64,000 bases of DNA from the human T2T-CHM13v2.0 reference genome, Homo sapiens: NCBI RefSeq assembly GCF_009914755.1, contig NC_060937.1, one strand, 5' to 3'. The notes under the pieces are model-generated. The model did not search any database, was not told the origin of the DNA, and saw only the letters and a program-made list of their open reading frames with translations. Shown here piece by piece: positions 57,800 to 64,000 of the stretch. The translations under genes were made by a program, and so were the position numbers. Within the stretch, counting starts at the first letter, position 1, and every line of letters starts with the position of its first letter.

Positions 57800-58410
57800 A
57801 CAGAATGTCCGGCGTGGGTTCCTAAATGGGGACCGCAAAGCCTCATGGGAATTGTAGTGTCACCTTCCAATGACGTTACCATCAAGGACTTTGGGAACCA
57901 GCTTTTCTCTCTGCGCATGCGCCGCCCGGCCCACTCCGCCATTTTCCTCCGGAAGTGTGGCACCCAGAGGCGGTACTGTAGCTGGGCCGGCTTGGGGCTT
58001 GGTTCTATGTCCCTGTGGGTCGGTGCGAGGGCCAGGAGGAACCCGTGAGCCTCAGGGGATCCCAGGGGGCCGGACCAGTGTTCCCTAGTTGTGGGAGCAG
58101 ACGCGTGGGCGCATCACGGGAGGGCAGGGCCTGAAGAGCAGGTGCGGGCTGCGGACCCTGGCAGGGGCTGGGAGGACAGGCGTGGGGTCCCAGCAGTGAC
58201 GCGGGTTCTAGAGGCACAGGAGCGGGTAGGAGAGGCCGGTGGCCCTGGGCCCGGAGTCTGCAGGCCGCGCTCCTGTCCTGCCGCTGAGGGACCCGGTTAC
58301 CAACCCGCATGATGCTCAGTTTGCCCATCTGTCCCAGTGCTAACACACAGTTCTCGGGAGACGTTCCCCATTCCCAGAGGAGTAGTGTGAAACGCATGCG
58401 CCTCTAGTCT
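57800..58410 (+). promoter_or_regulatory. CpG-island housekeeping-type promoter
   Basis: GC/CpG-rich. TGGGAATTGTAGT (ZNF143/THAP11 ACTACAATTCCCA, 57846-57858), TGACGT (57871), TGCGCATGCGC (NRF1, 57912-57922), CCGCCC (57922-57927), CCGCCATTTT (YY1, 57936-57945), CCGGAAGTG (ETS/GABPA, 57949-57957), and a second CGCATGCGC at 58393. Confidence 0.85.
57945..58018 (+). ncRNA. Putative first exon of a spliced lncRNA or pseudogene transcript
   Basis: Directly follows the YY1/ETS core and ends at donor TGG|GTCGGT (GT at 58019). The start is an estimate. The exon1-exon2 join TCCCTGTGG|CTATGTTTCC resembles my recollection of DUXAP8/9/10-family transcript 5' ends (unverified). Confidence 0.5.
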
Positions 58411-59159
58411 TAAACTTGACGTTTGTATTAGTTTGGTTTCCTGGTGTCTCTTTAGCAAGTGAAGTTTCTGGTTCCCTCCTTCACTGTGTGACCTGCCTAG
58501 TCCTCCTGGGTCGCATTTACAGAAGTTTATACGAGACCTAGTTTCCAGGGAAGAACTCACTGATTCCGCGAGGGAGATGGCGTAATAGATGATGGTCGTC
58601 AGCCTTAAGGGTACTTCAGTCTTAACTGTGTGTTACAAAGTTTGAAAGGGAGGGTTCCCTATGAATAAGAAGCACACTTGAAAGAACAGCCGTCTGGTCT
58701 AACCTCTCACTGGTGCTTCAGAGGAGGAAAAAAGGTCACAGGTGAAGATCCCAGTTTTCCTTGCTCAGGAAATATTAATTCTACTCCCTAGAATGCACAA
58801 GATTTGCAAAGACTAGGTGATAGTAGAAGGTTTGGACGAACTTTCAGAAGGTTGAGGTGAATTCAGCTGAGAAAAACAGGCAAGGACTTAGGAAATATTC
58901 CTTATTTGAAGGGGCCTGAAAGTGTGGTCTGGGGTACAGGAGTGACCTGTCATACTTGAGAGGATTAAAATACTCTCCAAACACAGTCCCATTCCTTCAA
59001 TCTTAGCTCGTTTTTTCGCGTCTGAGATATATTAAACCTAGTCCATCACCAAATTTAGCATTAGATTGCGAGTTCTATTGATTGTATTTGATTTGTAATT
59101 TAAGATTTTCTCCCCCTACATAATTTTGTTAAAAACACAGAAGTGAATTCTGTTCACTT

Positions 59160-59600
59160 AGGTGTAACAGTTAATACTTGCTGTTTAAGGAACTGATTAA
59201 ACCTTACTGGCTTATAAAAAACAAACACCATTTTATTTGTTTGAAGTTCTGTGGATCTGCATTTTGGTGTGGTGGATTCACCTGGGTAGTTGATATATTT
59301 GTGTTGCCTGGATCACAAAAAGGCCTTAGTCACCTGGTGCCTTGACTGAGCCTGGTTGGTTTAAGATAGTTTCCTTCACAATCTGGTGGTTTGTGGTGAC
59401 TCTTGGCTAGGCCCTGTGTCTCCAACAGGGTAGCTCCAGACCTCTTCACAATTTCTCCCAAAAAGGGAAGAACCAATGGATATTTGCATCACATTTTCCA
59501 TTGTCCATTCACTGGACAAGTCAGATGGAAAAGCCCAATTTATTGTCAGAGCATAATATGAGAGCTTGGATAGAAGGAAAGGTGTTATTGGGAAACATGA
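59160..59600 (-). mobile_element. Old MaLR LTR (MLT1-like), degraded
   Basis: Pattern TGTAACA...CTTACTGGCTTATAAAAAACAAACACCATTTTATT...TTCTGTGGATC...GCATCACATTT...AAGTCAGATGG, typical of reverse-oriented MLT1. Boundaries uncertain. Confidence 0.45.
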
Positions 59601-60151
59601 GTAGAATGGTGTACTGTAGGAAATACGCATTATGTACATTTTAAAAAGCGTAATTGTAGGCCAAAATTGCTGGTTTGCAAGATGCACTTTCCATGATGTT
59701 CAGGTATAGAAAAGCAAGAGGTACTGTCACGGGAACACTCATATGAAGTTATTTGTGGAATCTACATATTAATAGGAAAATAGTTAATACAGCCCAGTAT
59801 ATTTCTATAACATTTATTTTAGTGAACTTATGTTTCTTTGTATTAAATTATTAGATTATATCTTTAGATCATATTGTTACTAAATTAGTAGGTAATACAT
59901 ATATTTATTCAAAAATAAATTGTGCATCTAATGTCTACCAATTAATGTACTTGTCTATGTATCTTATCTTAACTTGAGCCTCTGCTGCCCCTAATGAGGC
60001 GTGAAGAACTCTTCTCCCCTGGAGAAGTTTTTCTTTTTCAGGAGGGAGGAGGGCTTTCCCGGGTAATGTGTCTAGAGCATTGGGCAGAAGAATCTGGGAC
60101 CACACCACACCAGTTCTCTCCTTAATCCACGTCATTTGCCTTCTATCCCAG

Positions 60152-60210
60152 CTATGTTTCCAGTGTCCTCTGGGTGTTTCCAAGAGCAACAAGAAACGAA
60201 TAAATCTCTG
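60152..60210 (+). ncRNA. Putative 59-nt internal exon of the same transcript
   Basis: Branch-like CTTAAT (60121), pyrimidine tract and acceptor TTTGCCTTCTATCCCAG| (AG 60150-60151), strong donor CTG|GTGAGT (60211). Confidence 0.6.
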
Positions 60211-60603
60211 GTGAGTTGCTTACTTGTTCTTCACTTTGTTTTACACTGTATTTTCTGAGTTTATGGGTGTGTGTGAATTAAAAAGGAAAAGTATAAATAA
60301 GTAAAACTCAGGTTGAAGGAAATATACATAAATAAGATAAAGCTGACTTGTAGATATAGGCAGGTTATAAGAGCTTAGAGTAGTCTAAGTTGGGTGCAAA
60401 TTTTCCTCTGATCTTTCTGATGCCGAGACAAAAAAGGCAGTCATATTTGTTACGTGATTGGAATGGAACCCGAGAAGAGAGCATGCTGTGTTCTTGTGGG
60501 ACAGGAAAGATTGTGTGCACCAAGTCCGAACCACCACCTTCATTGGTGACATAGATTATGTGCTGGAACATATTTCACACCGGCCTGGCAGTAACCACTT
60601 GTA

Positions 60604-60687
60604 GTGTTGTGCAGTGGAAACGGTCATCTTCCGCTAAAGCACGGCGTGTTGTGCAGTGGTAATGGTCATCTGCCGCTAAAGTACAGC
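60604..60687 (+). repeat. 42-bp direct tandem duplication
   Basis: GTGTTGTGCAGTGGAAACGGTCATCTTCCGCTAAAGCACGGC followed by GTGTTGTGCAGTGGTAATGGTCATCTGCCGCTAAAGTACAGC. Confidence 0.9.
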
Positions 60688-61032
60688 TTCCATCGTAAGG
60701 TGTGCTCATTGCTCAAAGAGTGTGGTCCCAAACAGCTTTTAGGAGGTCCTCCTTGATTCATGGATGAAACCCAGAACATCTTGAGGACTGAGTTAACCAT
60801 AGGCCCTTAAATAACTCTCCAGACATTTTTCTTAGTTTATCTCTACATGCAGGGTGTGCAGCAGCCTGTTCAAAGTCATATTTTCTGGGAAATATTTCCA
60901 GTGTTTATTTGCACTTTAGCCCACTCTGTGTAGTCTTAACTTATTTCTTCTAAACTCACCATTAACCTAATTAATAGTCAAATTTAGGGGGACTGTATTG
61001 GACTTACTCAAGTCTTCTACCATAGTTGAAAC

Positions 61033-61633
61033 TGTCGAACCCGAGTGAGTTAGAGATAAACGCCACGCTTTGAGACGAATTCAGGGGTCCTTTATTAGCT
61101 GGTGACTGAGAGACGGCTAATGCACGAAATTCTCTCGGCCCCGAAGAAGGGACTAGATTTTCTTTTATACTTTGGTTTAGAGAGGGGAGGGGGGATTCTA
61201 GCTGCAGCAACTTTACAGAAGAAAAAAACAGACAAAAAAGTTAAAAAGACTGATGGTTACAGGAAAACAAACTGTTCCAGGTGCAGGGGCTTTAAATTCA
61301 CCACAAAATGATAGGTGAGGGGGCTCTGGGCATTATCTGCCAGACAAATGTGGGGCTTTATGATACTATCTCTGAATAAATTGCTGGGAACTGCAGACAT
61401 CGCTTGTCTAAGCACTTTATCAGTTAATTGCACTCTTTGATATGTTGAAAGTCAACTTGCACAAGTTAAAGTCCTTGAGGAAAGGGGGTGGGTAGGGAGC
61501 CCTTGATGTCTTGTAAATGAAGGAGCCAAATGGAGTTTGTCTGGTTTTCTCAGCTAAGGGAGAGTCTATTCATATTAAAAACAAGGTTAGCTATCTAAGG
61601 AAGAGTCTATTCATGTTACAACGTTGGGTATTA
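61033..61633 (-). mobile_element. Solo ERVK-class LTR, LTR14-family-like
   Basis: On the minus strand: TATAAAAG (~61162-61169), AATAAA (61091-61096), terminal ...CTCGGGTTCGACA. Body AAAGCCCCTGCACCTGGAAC matches recalled LTR14. Flanks TGAAAC / CAAAAC look like a 6-bp TSD. Confidence 0.75.
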
Positions 61634-61676
61634 CAAAACATCTGTTCATGATCTGGAAATTCTTCTGTGTTAGTTC

Positions 61677-62074
61677 TGTTAAAAGAAAAACTTTAAAGGA
61701 GTTTAATAGAGCAATAAACGATTCACGAATCAGACAGTCCCCAGAATCACATCAGGTTCACAGAGACTCCAGCGCATTCATGTGGTGGAAGAAGATTTAT
61801 AGACAAAAGGGAAATGGCATACCGAAATCGGAAGTGAGGTACAGAAACAACTCAGCGTTTGCCTTGTTTGAACACATTTTGAACATTTGGCAGTGCCTGA
61901 GTGGTTGAAGTTTGGCCATTGGGATTGGCCAAGATGTAGCTGTTGTTCAAGGTGCATACTCTTAAGTTAGTTTTTCATTCTTCTATACCTATTAAGGTAG
62001 GTTACAGTTCATCCACAATGAATCATATATAGAATTATGGAGTCCTTCTCAGGCCATACTTAGTTCACTTAACA
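61677..62074 (-). mobile_element. ERV1 LTR, MER57-like (3' LTR of a minus-strand provirus)
   Basis: TGTTA...TAACA termini. Minus strand begins TGTTAAGTGAACTAAGTATGGCCTGAGAAGGACTCC and contains TTGGCCAATCCCA. A polypurine tract AAAGGGAAGGCA lies just upstream on the minus strand. Confidence 0.75.
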
Positions 62075-62448
62075 ATGCCTTCCCTTTGGTTATTTTCTCA
62101 ATTTTGAGAGATTGGCCAAAACTTCAGTCACTGATGTCACTATTACCATTGCAAATGTACTTACTTGGTTTAGAAACCCACTGGGAAATAGACCAGTGAG
62201 ATTTGAAAAGGTGGAACAAGGACTTGAGTAGAAGGTATCTTCTTATGCTGGAACATCCTGTTTACAGGAGAAAAACAAACCTGGTTTGTTCTAGGATTTA
62301 TGTGTTTCCTTAAAGTCTTAGTTTGATTATGTTACATTTAGCAAGAGTGACTCCATTTTGGTTTGGTTTGGTCTGGTTTGGACCTATTGCATGAGTTTAG
62401 TTCAAAACAATGACCTCCCATAATTTTGCTTAAAAAATTCCTCCTTTT

Positions 62449-62749
<301 letters not shown>

Positions 62750-62815
62750 TCAGTCAAGTTCTCACTTAGTTGAGAGTGTGACCAAAATGTAGGGCCTTAT
62801 CATCACTCTTAGTTA

Positions 62816-63660
62816 CCATTGTTTTGGGTTCCGGGTTTAGCACGTCATTCCCATTGTTTTGGGTTTCTGGTTTAGCACATCACTCCCATTGTTTTGGGTT
62901 CCAGTTTTAGCACGTCACTCCCGTTGTTTTGGGTTCCAGTTTTAGCAAGTCACTCCCATTGTTTTGGGTTCCAGTTTTAGCACGTCACTCCCGTTGTTTT
63001 GGGTTCCAGTTTTAGCACGTCACTCCCATTGTTTTGGGTTTCTGGTTTAGCAGGTCACTCCCATTGTTTTCGGTTTCTGGGTTAGCAGGATGCTCCCATT
63101 GTTTTGGGTTTCTGGTTTAGCAGGTCACTCCCATTGTTTTGGGTTCCGGTTTCAGCACATCACTCCCATTGTTTTCATTTCCGGTTTTAGCACATCACTC
63201 CCATTGTTTTGGGTTCCAGTTTTAGCAAGTCACTCCCATTGTTTTGGGTTCTGATTTTAGTGCACATCACCCCCATTGTTTTGGGTTCCAGTTTTAGTAT
63301 ATCACTCTCATTGTTTTGGGTTTCTGGTTTAGCACGTCACTCCCATTGTTTTGGGTTTCTGGTTTTGCAGGTCACTCCCATTGTTTTGGGTTCTGGTTTA
63401 AGCACATCACTCCCATTGTTTTCATTTCCGCTTTTGGCACGTCACTCCCATTGTTTTGGGTTCCAGTTTTAGCAAGTCACTCCCATTGTTTTGGGTTTCT
63501 TGTTTAGCACGTCAATCCCATTGTTTTGGGTTCTGGTTTTAGTGCACGTCACTCCCATTGTTTTGGGTTCCCGTTTTAGTACATCACTCCCATTGTTTTG
63601 GGTTTCTGGTTTAGCATGTCACCCCCATTGTTTTGGGTTTCCGGTTTAGCATGTCACTCA
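62816..63660 (+). repeat. Minisatellite (VNTR), 24 copies of a 35-bp unit
   Basis: Consensus CACTCCCATTGTTTTGGGTT(C/T)C(A/T)G(G/T)TTTAGCACGT. 24 copies of the TTGTTTT core counted; two units are 37 bp. Confidence 0.97.
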
Positions 63661-64000
63661 TAGGTTATGGTGTCCTTACGGTTGCACTTTTTTTTTAATC
63701 TCTTGTCATTCCAGTTGAAGAGATACCATTTGATATTTTAGAGATGCCTGCATGCAAACTCTTAAAACATTTGAGTAAGTACAGTGCACCAGGGAGACTC
63801 TTATGACTGTTGGGATAACACCAAGAATTTGGTATATGCTCCTAACTCAGGGTCCCCATAAATCAAACCACCTAAAATCAAATAGATTAAAGAATGAATT
63901 AGATAAAGAGTTTACTTGCTTAACTAAGTGGGTTTTTTTGTTAATTCCCTACAACCAAATTTTTATAATACCCCATGTTTTCTCCACATGCTGTAAGTGT

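Noticed and set aside
63209-63507. Hydrophobic repetitive ORFs
   Set aside because: They are translations of the 35-bp minisatellite.
62816-63660. CRISPR-like array (repeat of about 35 bp)
   Set aside because: Units are head-to-tail with no unique spacers, there are no cas genes, and the context is primate.

Overview
Human-type (primate) pericentromeric or acrocentric DNA, not a prokaryotic locus. Bases 1-53290 are one uninterrupted block of Human Satellite 3, (CATTC)n punctuated by ACTCGGGTTG-type decamers, C-rich on the + strand throughout. All ORFs there (MEWNG/IPFHS repeats) are translation artefacts of the pentamer. Rare landmark words show a layered array: a ~1.4-2.1 kb unit with alternating A/B variants and a ~10.5 kb super-period, a ~3.2-3.3 kb unit with one displaced copy at 15-17 kb, a ~360 bp unit, a near-identical 3.4 kb duplication with a 590-bp deletion, and a degenerate rim. 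At 53291 the satellite abuts a 3'-truncated antisense L1 carrying two Alus. Beyond it lie a second L1 fragment, ERV LTRs (MER41-, MLT1-, LTR14- and MER57-like, all on the minus strand), two more Alus, and an intact-looking CpG-island promoter (ZNF143/THAP11, NRF1, GC box, YY1, ETS motifs) with putative spliced non-coding exons. Near the end is a 24-copy 35-bp minisatellite inside ERV internal sequence, with a SOX motif in nearly every unit. No credible protein-coding gene was found. Repeat subfamily names and the lncRNA family come from recalled consensus sequences and need database confirmation; all counts and offsets were read by eye.
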